DNA of 43,389 nt. Source: a virus. Lineage: Duplodnaviria > Heunggongvirae > Uroviricota > Caudoviricetes. The stretch spans positions 1 to 43,389 of the IMG/VR virus record IMGVR_UViG_2778261064_000026; one strand, given 5' to 3'. The notes beneath the pieces are model-generated. The model did no database searches, was not told the DNA's origin, and saw nothing but the letters and a program-made list of their open reading frames with translations. A program made the position numbers and the translations under genes. Of this stretch, positions 18,105 through 27,440 are shown one piece after another. The first letter of the stretch is position 1. The number at the start of each line of letters is the position of its first letter.

Positions 18105-21100
18105 TCATTTACAGGATTTAATAGCCGCAAGTTCAGCTTTAACAGCTTTCAACTCTTCGTTCATCGCATCATACTTAGTCGTTAATTCCTGAAAGGCTTT
18201 CACGAAAAGAGCATTGATACTAGAAACAGAAATAGTTTTAATTTCTCCTGGATTTTCGGTATCTCCATCGCTGCAAACGTGCACAGCTTCCGGCATAACT
18301 TTTTCCACATCTTGAGCAATGACACCTAATTCGCGTCCAACCACTGTATCATCAGAAAGTGATTTAACTTTATCGTAGGAATATACGGTTAAGCTGTTTA
18401 ATTTATCCAGCGCACCTTCTTCCAATTCTTCCTTGTTGATCTTAAGACGTTCATCAGATCGAATATGCACATCGTTAAAGCTACCGTTACCCGGCGTGTA
18501 AAAGAACCCATCGTGATGGAACTCAAATACAGCTTGAGGGTGTCCGTTATCAGGTGAGTTTTCCGCAGATCCAACACGAATAATTGCTTGTCCCCAATTG
18601 TTAGGGATACGACGCATACCAAAATCGACGGCAGTTGTATACCCTTGATTGGTGATTAAACTTCTTGCTTTAACAATCGGATAATAACAGTCTTGTCCAA
18701 CATAGCCATGATCGACGAATATTGGCGCTTCCACTCGCCACTGATTACCCCAATCACCTGGTTGACTAGCGGTCCAACGTTCACCATGAACATATAATCG
18801 AGCGTTATTAACATGAACCATTTCGACGCCTTTTGGACTTAATGCAATATCCCCAGCGTTCGTAAGATTTATCGCGGCATTAGTAGCATAGCTATAGAAC
18901 GCTAATCCATTATCACCACCGCCTTTACCAATATACCAGTTGTTGTTGTCAGCACACGTACCCAACAAATATACAGACGAATCACCACTTTCGGCATTCA
19001 TGATAATTGCATCAGATCCACGATTAATTTTCATTTTCCCGAAGAAGGTGTTTTTAATGGTATTATCCCATAGACGTTCAAATTCGGCTAAAAATCCTTT
19101 TGAGTCACGAAGACTTAAAACGTTATTTCGACCTGTATTGCTTGCTCCCCAATGGACGAGTTCCATATAGTCCATAGATTGACGAGAACCAGCTTTAAAG
19201 AAAAGATTGTCCTCAAGACGAGTGCTACCATCAATTCCAAGATGCAAACACCGAGCGGTTGCAGTACCACCTAAATACAATCCACCGTCCGCAAAATCAT
19301 AGCTGAATGGTCTGCGATTATTCCAACTACCAAAAGAATCTTTTAAATCGGTAGTAAGAATATGGAAGCTAGAACCATCATTGCGTAACATCAAACCATA
19401 GTTACCGCCTTTGACAGCCAAACGAGCATTTTCAGATAATGCAACTTCGCTATTCATTACAATTTTCTGGCCTTTACCACCAGTAATATGTAATTCACCA
19501 TCTTCAATCAGGTTTATCGAGTTTTGACCGTTATCGTTCCACCAAATAAAATCTTTGGTTGTTCCATCACCAAAACCAAACCAGCCATTACGAACATCTT
19601 GACCAGTGCGATAATCCATAAAATTAAAATGGCTTGATTCGTTTGGTCCTCGACGAATATCAATACCAGAATTTCCAGTAACACCGCCATCCAATGTTAA
19701 TTTCTTGACATGTAACCCGGATGTTACTGTCAGCAATAATTCCTGATTTGTATCTTCGTATCCAGTAGCAAGACGATATGCGTTATCATCAACTGTCTCA
19801 TGCCAGATTGTAGCTGGTGCACAACTACGGAAGCGACGCAACATCTTTTTAGCATTTGTCGGTTGTTCGTTTAAATGCTCAATGTCGTATTGGCCTTGAT
19901 GGTTTCCAGCAAAATTTAATGTCCCACGGTTGCTAAAGTTATTAAACGATGAAATGTTAAGAGCATCAAAAATTTCATCTGCAACAGGTTTTTCACCGCC
20001 CAGGTATTCAGGAGTATCCAACAGGTTTAAAGAAACACCACCGGAAGAAACTTGATATTCTGCTAAAACAAATCCTGTATGTGCACCATAGTAAGCGTAA
20101 AGATCGTAATTATCACCATCGGTAGGAATTGCACAAAAATGTTGTTCGTAATACCAAATAGTATAATACGCATTGAATACAACACCTTTCGGGCTATTGT
20201 TGCCGCAACGGATCACCAGTTCAATAACATTGGCTTGTCCATTCTGTCCGACGTTATAACCGTTACCACCCACTAAACGGATCTTAGCCGTACGACCGTG
20301 TTGTTGTGGCATTGTCAAAGTGCCTAGTTTAAACCAACCGCCCTCGATCCCAAAATTAAGCGTCTTCTGGAAAAGTCGGTCAATTTCTGCTTTCGAATAT
20401 GCGCCAATTTCAGCCGGAGTAGGTTTATCACCTTCGTGATACATGCGGTGAGAATATGCTAAATGACCCAATTCATCATAGCCGTATGTTCTTACCGTAG
20501 CATGTGGATTAGACCCATAAGTGAACTCAAAACCACGAGCATGATTAACACCGGATGGATGGGGAACATGCAACGCTAAAGCAATATGACCAGCTAGATC
20601 ATTCATGCGGAATGCACCAAAGTAATCAAGATTACGAGCATTTGGATCATCAAAATAGTTTGCGGTCTTAGACAGCAAATAACCATCAGTGTAAGTGTTT
20701 ACGTGTTTTTTGATGTACTTACCGTCACTCGATCCGTCGGCTGCATCAATACGGCTTTCTAAGCGTGCCAATTCAGAATCAGTGTAAGACTTGTTATTGT
20801 CAACTTTGCTATGAATTGCTGAATTTTTGGCTTCAACATCACGGGTTAATGCTGCGACGTTATCCGCTGCCTCTTGCTTGTTTGCTGCAATAACACTATT
20901 AAGGCTATCGCGCGTAGCGGTTAGCTGATTTTCCGCATAAATTTTATTTGCTGCGATAGTGCGATCAGTCTCGGCCTTAATCAAATCAACTTTGTCATTG
21001 ATAGCTTTATCATTGCTTGCGATGGTTGCATCAGTACGGGATTTAATATCATCAACTTTTTTATTGATGCGGGTGTCCAGTTCCTGAGTTGCTACAGCAG

Positions 21101-21533
21101 CCGCATTTTTATTAGCGGTGATGGTATCGGACAATTCAGATTTAACACCAGCAAGATCGGAAGCAGCTTTATTTTTATTGGCTTCGATTGTCGCGTCGGT
21201 TTCGCGTTTAATTGTATCAACTTTATTGTTAATTTCTGCGTGATTGTTGGCAATAGTAGAATCGGTAGTTCGTTTAATTTCGTCTACTTTAGCGTGAATA
21301 TTGCGGTCGTTTACTGCAATTGTGCTATCTAATTCTTGTTTGTTAGCATCAACTTTAGATTCTAATGCCGCATGAGTTTCAGGAGAAACAGAGATTTGAA
21401 CTACTTCATGATCTCGGTCTTTGGTAAAAATAACATGGTCTTTAAGGTTGATTGCTACCTCACCGACCTGTAATTGTTCCGGCGTTGGCTTTTTGCCAGA
21501 AACATTAGTTCGTTTAAATTGGATTGATTGCAT
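18105..21533 (-). CDS. side tail fiber protein with C-terminal intramolecular chaperone auto-processing domain (peptidase S74-like), 1142 aa
   Basis: N-terminal coiled-coil repeats (VDEIKRTTDSTIA / VDTIKRETDATIEA / VDDIKSRTDATIA / VDLIKAETDRTIA); C-terminal HIRSDERLK plus about 117 aa typical of self-cleaving chaperone domains. Confidence 0.8.
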   Translation of the reverse strand: MQSIQFKRTNVSGKKPTPEQLQVGEVAINLKDHVIFTKDRDHEVVQISVSPETHAALESKVDANKQELDSTIAVNDRNIHAKVDEIKRTTDSTIANNHAEINNKVDTIKRETDATIEANKNKAASDLAGVKSELSDTITANKNAAAVATQELDTRINKKVDDIKSRTDATIASNDKAINDKVDLIKAETDRTIAANKIYAENQLTATRDSLNSVIAANKQEAADNVAALTRDVEAKNSAIHSKVDNNKSYTDSELARLESRIDAADGSSDGKYIKKHVNTYTDGYLLSKTANYFDDPNARNLDYFGAFRMNDLAGHIALALHVPHPSGVNHARGFEFTYGSNPHATVRTYGYDELGHLAYSHRMYHEGDKPTPAEIGAYSKAEIDRLFQKTLNFGIEGGWFKLGTLTMPQQHGRTAKIRLVGGNGYNVGQNGQANVIELVIRCGNNSPKGVVFNAYYTIWYYEQHFCAIPTDGDNYDLYAYYGAHTGFVLAEYQVSSGGVSLNLLDTPEYLGGEKPVADEIFDALNISSFNNFSNRGTLNFAGNHQGQYDIEHLNEQPTNAKKMLRRFRSCAPATIWHETVDDNAYRLATGYEDTNQELLLTVTSGLHVKKLTLDGGVTGNSGIDIRRGPNESSHFNFMDYRTGQDVRNGWFGFGDGTTKDFIWWNDNGQNSINLIEDGELHITGGKGQKIVMNSEVALSENARLAVKGGNYGLMLRNDGSSFHILTTDLKDSFGSWNNRRPFSYDFADGGLYLGGTATARCLHLGIDGSTRLEDNLFFKAGSRQSMDYMELVHWGASNTGRNNVLSLRDSKGFLAEFERLWDNTIKNTFFGKMKINRGSDAIIMNAESGDSSVYLLGTCADNNNWYIGKGGGDNGLAFYSYATNAAINLTNAGDIALSPKGVEMVHVNNARLYVHGERWTASQPGDWGNQWRVEAPIFVDHGYVGQDCYYPIVKARSLITNQGYTTAVDFGMRRIPNNWGQAIIRVGSAENSPDNGHPQAVFEFHHDGFFYTPGNGSFNDVHIRSDERLKINKEELEEGALDKLNSLTVYSYDKVKSLSDDTVVGRELGVIAQDVEKVMPEAVHVCSDGDTENPGEIKTISVSSINALFVKAFQELTTKYDAMNEELKAVKAELAAIKSCK

Positions 21534-21567
21534 CTAATCACCTCACATAAAACAGGAATAAGGGAGG

Positions 21568-21590
21568 AGTTAACCTCCCCGCGTCATGTT
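21568..21590 (-). terminator. stem-loop/attenuator between 277-aa gene and fiber gene
   Basis: gggaggagttaacctcccc hairpin followed by U-rich tract on minus strand, then RBS gaggtga. Confidence 0.35.
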
Positions 21591-21606
21591 TTATTTAGAG
21601 AAGCAA

Positions 21607-22440
21607 TCAGTATTCCCCGAAGTCGATCCGGTCATGGATAGAAACGGCTTCAATCTCGGCTGGCGTCGGTTTTTCTTCTGTGGAATACACTTTCACCCAT
21701 CCAGAATTACCATCTTTCTGGACTGTGCGAACTCGTAAACGTGGTGCGCCGGAAGCGGTGCATGTTAGCTGCCAACCACCATCTTCATTAGGTTGAACGT
21801 GAATTAGTGAAGTATCAGCACTAAATGGGTTAGATGCGCTCGATCCCTGATAGGTTACGAAACGGTTTCCGGCTAATGCTTCGCTATCAATCGGACCCGT
21901 GAATGGATTTACACCAGCACCCAAACCAAAATCACCCTGACGTAAGATCCGGCCTTCGGTAGCAATACCGCGATCTAGAATCCCGCCATCAGGATCTAAT
22001 TTAAATTCGATGGTAGTAACTTTGTTATCGCTACCACGGGTTTTATGTGACGAGACATAAGCGTCAAAGATGACGTAGTAACCTGTGTTAGCAGCACTGT
22101 AACCAGAGTTCACAACATAGAACATACGAAAGCGTAAAGGAGTTTTATCATTCACCGCTTTCATCAACATGTCTTGATGTTCGTCATCCAGAACACGGTT
22201 TACTACTAACGTAGTTGATTCAAGTTTACGATAGCCAGCAAGTTTACCCGTAGCGTCCTGATCATACTCTTCTAACGTCTGGATCTCTGTGGATTCGGTT
22301 ATCGTCGGGAATGCTGCGATGTTCTCGATAGGACTAAATGCAGGATCGAAAAAGTCCGGCTGGTTATCCACCATAGTAGACACGGAGACTTCAACATGCG
22401 ACCCCGTGAAAATGTCTAAGTTATCTTGTGTAATATTCAT
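21607..22440 (-). CDS. virion structural protein, 277 aa, with fiber-type KPTPAEI motif
   Basis: position between connectors and fiber; C-terminal EEKPTPAEIEAVS also present in the fiber (DKPTPAEIGAYS). Confidence 0.4.
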   Translation of the reverse strand: MNITQDNLDIFTGSHVEVSVSTMVDNQPDFFDPAFSPIENIAAFPTITESTEIQTLEEYDQDATGKLAGYRKLESTTLVVNRVLDDEHQDMLMKAVNDKTPLRFRMFYVVNSGYSAANTGYYVIFDAYVSSHKTRGSDNKVTTIEFKLDPDGGILDRGIATEGRILRQGDFGLGAGVNPFTGPIDSEALAGNRFVTYQGSSASNPFSADTSLIHVQPNEDGGWQLTCTASGAPRLRVRTVQKDGNSGWVKVYSTEEKPTPAEIEAVSIHDRIDFGEY

Positions 22441-22449
22441 TATTACCCC

Positions 22450-22878
22450 TTAAAAACGCGCTAGATAAGAAAATTTAAGGCTAAGTGTCCCAACGATACC
22501 CCCATCACTAGAATCATCGTCATAATCGGTATTAGAAGCTACTGGAGTGATATCTGAAATAGAGAAGCCCAAATCTTTAAATCGTGGGTTATCCGGCTGA
22601 ATCTGGATTATCTGGCAAATACCCTCATGAATTTTCGTTTCATGAATCTGAGAATATAATTGCATTTCGATAACGCATTCAGCTTGCATTGCATTACCAC
22701 CACGGACCCTAGTGTAAGTCTCATTCATTCCGGTAATCCAACACACCACGTCATCGCTAAAACCAGTTTGAGTTTGTTCTACGTTTAAAGCCAGACCTAG
22801 ATCTTGTTCGATAATATCCTGTAAAGCACGTTTAATCTTAAGACGTGGCATATTATTAACGGTAGCGAGCATGTGCAC
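22450..22878 (-). CDS. head-tail connector/completion protein, 142 aa
   Basis: size and position after capsid gene. Confidence 0.35.
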   Translation of the reverse strand: MHMLATVNNMPRLKIKRALQDIIEQDLGLALNVEQTQTGFSDDVVCWITGMNETYTRVRGGNAMQAECVIEMQLYSQIHETKIHEGICQIIQIQPDNPRFKDLGFSISDITPVASNTDYDDDSSDGGIVGTLSLKFSYLARF

Positions 22879-23146
22879 CCCCTGCTAAAGTGATAAAGCA
22901 ATCACTGGTATTGTCACCATTGCGCTTAATGTATTGAACTTTGAAACGCTGATTTTCTACAATGACAATATCACCTTGCTTTAAATCTCCCTCACGACAG
23001 AATAAGAATTCTGTTTCTGTCCATACCCCTTGTTCGTCGGTAGTAGTAATTTCATGGTAAGCACGAATTGATTTACCACCTTCCACCACAAAAACCGGAG
23101 CACTCTTAAACATTCGATTTAATTGTGATTCTGATAATTTGAACAT
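22856..23146 (-). CDS. head-tail joining protein, 96 aa
   Basis: size and position after capsid gene. Confidence 0.35.
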   Translation of the reverse strand: MFKLSESQLNRMFKSAPVFVVEGGKSIRAYHEITTTDEQGVWTETEFLFCREGDLKQGDIVIVENQRFKVQYIKRNGDNTSDCFITLAGGAHARYR

Positions 23147-23176
23147 AGTTACCCCCTTTTATGGAGTATTTACATA

Positions 23177-23204
23177 CAAAAAAGCCCCACCGTTAGGCAG
23201 GGCT
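23177..23204 (-). terminator. partial terminator after capsid gene
   Basis: agcccc...gggct hairpin with minus-strand U6 tract directly after the stop. Confidence 0.45.
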
Positions 23205-23296
23205 AATTATTATTTTGCTTTCGGTGGACGACCCACTTTTTTAGCTGTGGCTTTCGCCGTAACTACCGGAATTTCTTCCGGTAATTCTTCGTTATT

Positions 23297-25306
23297 TCAT
23301 TCAGCGGAGATGTGAAGAACTTTCAGAGCTTCCGGCTGAGTAACAACATAATCCAGATCTACCCAGATACGCGGAACGATAGCAGACTGTGCACGGTAGG
23401 TAGTGTCGTCCATATCCAGTTCCAGACCGCCCCACTCACCGATAGTGATGCCGGAGAAGTCACCCAGAACGATGTGATCTGCCGGAATAACACCAGAAGT
23501 AACTACTTCGTAACCAGCCAGTTTGCCGTTTTCGATAATATAACCGGAAACGCCGTTATCTTTCAGGGTAGATTCCAGTTCGGCAGCGGTTGCACCGCTC
23601 ATCGCAAACTTGATCGCCTGAGCAGGAACGCCAGCGTCGGTCAGTTTAGCAATTTCTTTCAGGAAATCTTTGTAAGAGAAAGCAGCTTTCTTCTCAACGC
23701 GACCACCGTCTACCAGTTGTTTAACCAGACCAGCCGGACCACGAGCATTTTCTTTGTCAGACAGAATCAGTTGTTCCAGTTTGATACGAACAGCTTTGTT
23801 AATGTGGTCAGTGATCAGGGTAGCGATACCCGGAACGGTTTTCAGAGACTGACGGCTAATCGGGTTGCCACCAGCGAAAGTCTTAGGAGACAGTTTCACG
23901 TTCGCAAATTCAGCTTTGCTTTCCGGCGCAGCACCGTTTTCATCAACGAAGCCGAAAGCATCAACGCTGGATTTAGTCATTTTTGGAATAGCGGTCGGAG
24001 CATTCAAGCCACTGTAAACAGTCACACCCAGACGACCCAGAACAGATTCCGGCATCAGCATTTCGATGTAGGATTCAGTCATCAGTTTTTCGTCGGTGAT
24101 AGCAGTCAGATCGGCTTTGGTGTTACCAGCAGCAGCAGCACGCATAGCAGCAGCCGGAACGAATACAGAGCCACCACGAGCAGCACGACCACGCTGCATA
24201 GTTGCAGTAGCAGCCATTGCAGAAAACTCGGCTTCGTTAGCACCCAGAGCTTCACCATCTACCAGAGAGCGAATTACGTTGTTCAGGTCAAAAGTTTTTT
24301 CCATTTTAGAGTCCTTAATTTGTTCGTTATTACGTTGAGCATTGGTAATGTTATTTAGTGCCTTAGTGCGGAATGCTTCCGGCGTCATTTCTTTATTTGC
24401 CAATGCGCGTTTCAATTCTTCGTCATCAATATTTAGTTCGCGTGCAATTTCGCGAATTTCTAATTCGTCTTCTTCGGAACGTTCAGCCACTTCCTCGATT
24501 TTTTCTTCTTCAACCGGAGCAGCTTCACGTTCTTCTTTTATTTCTTCTGCTTCCCGAACAGTTGAACTATCATCATCAACACTTTCAGGATGTTCAGCGT
24601 CTTTTCCGTCTTCGAGATTTTCATTTTCTTCATTCTCTTCAACTTGGCGCTCTTGAGTTTCTTCTACTTCCGATTCTTTATTTTCTTCTACCGGAGTTTC
24701 TTCAACCTGAGCGACTTCTTTTTCTTCTTCGTCTTTAACTTGTTCGATTTGTTCTTTAGTCATATCGCGTTTCGCCTCCAAATTAACTGTGATAGTATTT
24801 AGAGAGCGATTTAAACCGACCGAATCGTCCGCTGGCACCGTGACCCACGAAATTTCGTGAGGAATCCATTTAGAAACAATGAGTTGCGATTTAGCGTAGT
24901 CGATGTGATACTCTTTAATGTCATAGCCGACCGATATTTTTTCCATCGTACCTTCAATGACTTTATTACGAATATCATTAGCCAAAGTCCCATGCTTGGA
25001 GAATTTAACCAGAGCACGACCTACGTTATCCGCATCGATTCGAGCGTTACAAACAACACCAATGTGATTATCGAAATTATGATTGAACAGCAACGGAGCG
25101 TTATTATTCAGACGAGACAGATCAACCGCTTCCGGTGTATGTACCAGAATTTCATCTAATACCACCATTTCTTGATTTTGCTCATCCCAGAATTGGCGCT
25201 GGTAAGGCTGGGTACTTGAGAAAGCAATTTCAAATTCGTATTGATCGTTATGCCCTTCGTTAATAACTCCACCGTAACCGTTAAGATCGCGGCGAAATTT
25301 AAGCAT
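23297..25306 (-). CDS. fused prohead protease (HK97/S78-like), acidic scaffold-like linker and HK97-fold major capsid protein, 669 aa
   Basis: N-terminal PLLFNHNFDNHIG and ISVGY protease-type motifs; central E/D-rich low-complexity region; C-terminal about 330 aa capsid-like; host-optimal codon usage. Confidence 0.7.
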   Translation of the reverse strand: MLKFRRDLNGYGGVINEGHNDQYEFEIAFSSTQPYQRQFWDEQNQEMVVLDEILVHTPEAVDLSRLNNNAPLLFNHNFDNHIGVVCNARIDADNVGRALVKFSKHGTLANDIRNKVIEGTMEKISVGYDIKEYHIDYAKSQLIVSKWIPHEISWVTVPADDSVGLNRSLNTITVNLEAKRDMTKEQIEQVKDEEEKEVAQVEETPVEENKESEVEETQERQVEENEENENLEDGKDAEHPESVDDDSSTVREAEEIKEEREAAPVEEEKIEEVAERSEEDELEIREIARELNIDDEELKRALANKEMTPEAFRTKALNNITNAQRNNEQIKDSKMEKTFDLNNVIRSLVDGEALGANEAEFSAMAATATMQRGRAARGGSVFVPAAAMRAAAAGNTKADLTAITDEKLMTESYIEMLMPESVLGRLGVTVYSGLNAPTAIPKMTKSSVDAFGFVDENGAAPESKAEFANVKLSPKTFAGGNPISRQSLKTVPGIATLITDHINKAVRIKLEQLILSDKENARGPAGLVKQLVDGGRVEKKAAFSYKDFLKEIAKLTDAGVPAQAIKFAMSGATAAELESTLKDNGVSGYIIENGKLAGYEVVTSGVIPADHIVLGDFSGITIGEWGGLELDMDDTTYRAQSAIVPRIWVDLDYVVTQPEALKVLHISAE

Positions 25307-25351
25307 TTAATCACCTTTAATTAATTGGGGGCATTGCGCCCCCGTTGGTTA

Positions 25352-26863
25352 TTAGGGATCGGCTGGGGAATTTTTTTCTTCACCCTCGCCATTAACGATA
25401 ATATTTAGTGCGCTCTTTTCGGCTTGAATCTCTGAGAATACTTTTTCAGGATCATCACCACGTTCCAATATAACGGCAGTACGTGATTTAAGTCCGTTAT
25501 CAATTAAAGCAATCTCGGCGCTTACGTCTTTAAATGGATCGACGGATTCAAAACGCGGACGGATAATAGTAGTGTTATCGATAATATGCGGAATTGCAGT
25601 AATACGAATCGGAACAATACCACGCGCGGAATAATGGCGTAGATATGCTTCGAAAATGGGCGACACCACTGTTTCAATCAATTTGTTTTGCAGTGCTTTA
25701 ACTCGTGTGCGCTGGGTTAATTCACCGAAACGTGCGGCGCTGTAGTTGATCTGGGAAGTATCACCAGTCAAGCCCTGTTTAAACACGCCTAAGCCCATTG
25801 ATACGCTAGTAAACATCGCATCATTGAAGCTGTTAAAGTCATCACCGCTTTGCGTCGCCTGGATGCTCTTGATCGTTGCCCCTTCCGGCAATTCCTGAAT
25901 AGTACCCGGTGCAAAATCCTGTACTACTTCCGGCGCTTGATATTGTTCATCCTCTTCACCAGTATCAAAATCGTCACCAGAATCTTTCGGACGCTCGATA
26001 AAGCCCATAGAACTAGCTGCAATACGTTTCTGGATAATTGCAGTTTCGCGGAATGCGTCTTGATGTGCGATATCCTTAATCACTGGCAGGAAATCAGTCA
26101 CACCACGCAGGGATTCGGCTGTAAGTGGTTGATAATAATGGCATACTTGCGATGCATCTACGCGATAGTTATCACCTGTGTAAGTCTGAGTCAGTAGGTT
26201 GATTTTACGAAACCAGTATGCTACTGGCTTCATTGTTTCTACGTCATACTCGATCCCCTGATAGATAGCACGTTCTTTGCTTACTTCACGGTTTAGCGAC
26301 CAGTCGCACTTATCAGCAGACAGGATAGAAACATTTAACTCATTGTTTTCTTTGGTTAAAACGATGAAGCACTCACCACCCATAACGCGCTCACGTTCAG
26401 CCATTACCAGCAGTTCACGGAAGTTAAAGCGACCGTTACGAGAGAAGCGTTTAGCATTCTGCGCCCACTTCCAGAAAGCATTCTCGATCTGCTTATTCAG
26501 TGCGCTATCAAGTTTGCCATTTGATTTAACGATTGATGGCTTCGGATCTAGGCCAGTACCAACCACCATATCGGTGATGTATTGCGTGTAGCGACTGCCT
26601 ACGGAAGTGTTTAAGGCCAGAGTACGACCCTGATCATAAAGGCGCTTACCGTTTGATTTGAGAGCCTTATTGAAGGTTCCTGTAATGGTGTCTTGTTGAA
26701 GTGATCCATCAATGCGATCACCCACCAGACCTAAACTACGAGTCGCCAAAGATCTCTGGTATTTTTCTATAGATTTGTCGATGAAAATTTTTGGTTGTTG
26801 CTGGCGGTGATTAGTTTTAACTGGAGTTTCTACCGCCTTTTTGCGTCGAAAAAGATTAAACAT
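25352..26863 (-). CDS. portal protein, 503 aa
   Basis: size and position between terminase and capsid genes. Confidence 0.6.
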   Translation of the reverse strand: MFNLFRRKKAVETPVKTNHRQQQPKIFIDKSIEKYQRSLATRSLGLVGDRIDGSLQQDTITGTFNKALKSNGKRLYDQGRTLALNTSVGSRYTQYITDMVVGTGLDPKPSIVKSNGKLDSALNKQIENAFWKWAQNAKRFSRNGRFNFRELLVMAERERVMGGECFIVLTKENNELNVSILSADKCDWSLNREVSKERAIYQGIEYDVETMKPVAYWFRKINLLTQTYTGDNYRVDASQVCHYYQPLTAESLRGVTDFLPVIKDIAHQDAFRETAIIQKRIAASSMGFIERPKDSGDDFDTGEEDEQYQAPEVVQDFAPGTIQELPEGATIKSIQATQSGDDFNSFNDAMFTSVSMGLGVFKQGLTGDTSQINYSAARFGELTQRTRVKALQNKLIETVVSPIFEAYLRHYSARGIVPIRITAIPHIIDNTTIIRPRFESVDPFKDVSAEIALIDNGLKSRTAVILERGDDPEKVFSEIQAEKSALNIIVNGEGEEKNSPADP

Positions 26864-26873
26864 GATTTACCCC

Positions 26874-27368
26874 TTATCGCGTAAGACGTAATTTGATATT
26901 TTTAATCGGGCTAATTCCCTGTTTACGTCGTTCGGCTTGAATTAATTTAGACAGTTGACGTTCATAATCAGTCTTCAATTGCTGGAGAACACCCAATGAC
27001 TCATAAGCGAATGAGTTCCCTTTTATTGTCATTGCAGATAATGCGGCTTCGTCCCCAGATAAACGGGCGAAAATAACTTGCTCGATTTTGGCGATAGTTT
27101 CCCGCAGATGTTCTTTTTTGGATTGACGCTGAAAAATAGGCAATACAGTTAATTCCTGCATTGATACCAGTTCTTCATCAAGAGTAATAACAATGGTCAT
27201 CTTCCCTTCTGGAAAGTCTAACGTTTTAATCTCGTGATTTTCCGGTGCATCATCGACCTGATAGACAACGCCTTTGCTATTACCTACCTGAATTGTTACA
27301 CCCTCTTCATTCGCCAGCGTGATTTTTTCGCCTTTACGAATTACTAAGGGAATTAGTTCTAAACTCAT
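26874..27368 (-). CDS. hypothetical head-morphogenesis protein, 164 aa
   Basis: position between large terminase and portal. Confidence 0.3.
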   Translation of the reverse strand: MSLELIPLVIRKGEKITLANEEGVTIQVGNSKGVVYQVDDAPENHEIKTLDFPEGKMTIVITLDEELVSMQELTVLPIFQRQSKKEHLRETIAKIEQVIFARLSGDEAALSAMTIKGNSFAYESLGVLQQLKTDYERQLSKLIQAERRKQGISPIKNIKLRLTR

Positions 27369-27440
27369 AATTACCCCTTATTTAATTGTTATTGGATTAA
27401 CAATATTTAGGAGTAAGCCGCCCCGAAGGACGGCGAGTTA

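Noticed and set aside
23312-24802. Long plus-strand ORFs (348 aa, 104 aa, 121 aa, 70 aa) antisense to the capsid gene
   Set aside because: They run antisense to a gene with strong coding signal, have low-complexity S/F/L-rich translations, and no RBS; treated as shadow ORFs.
26874-27368. 164-aa ORF after the large terminase as the small terminase subunit
   Set aside because: It lies downstream of the large subunit and has no HTH-like N-terminus; kept as a hypothetical head protein.
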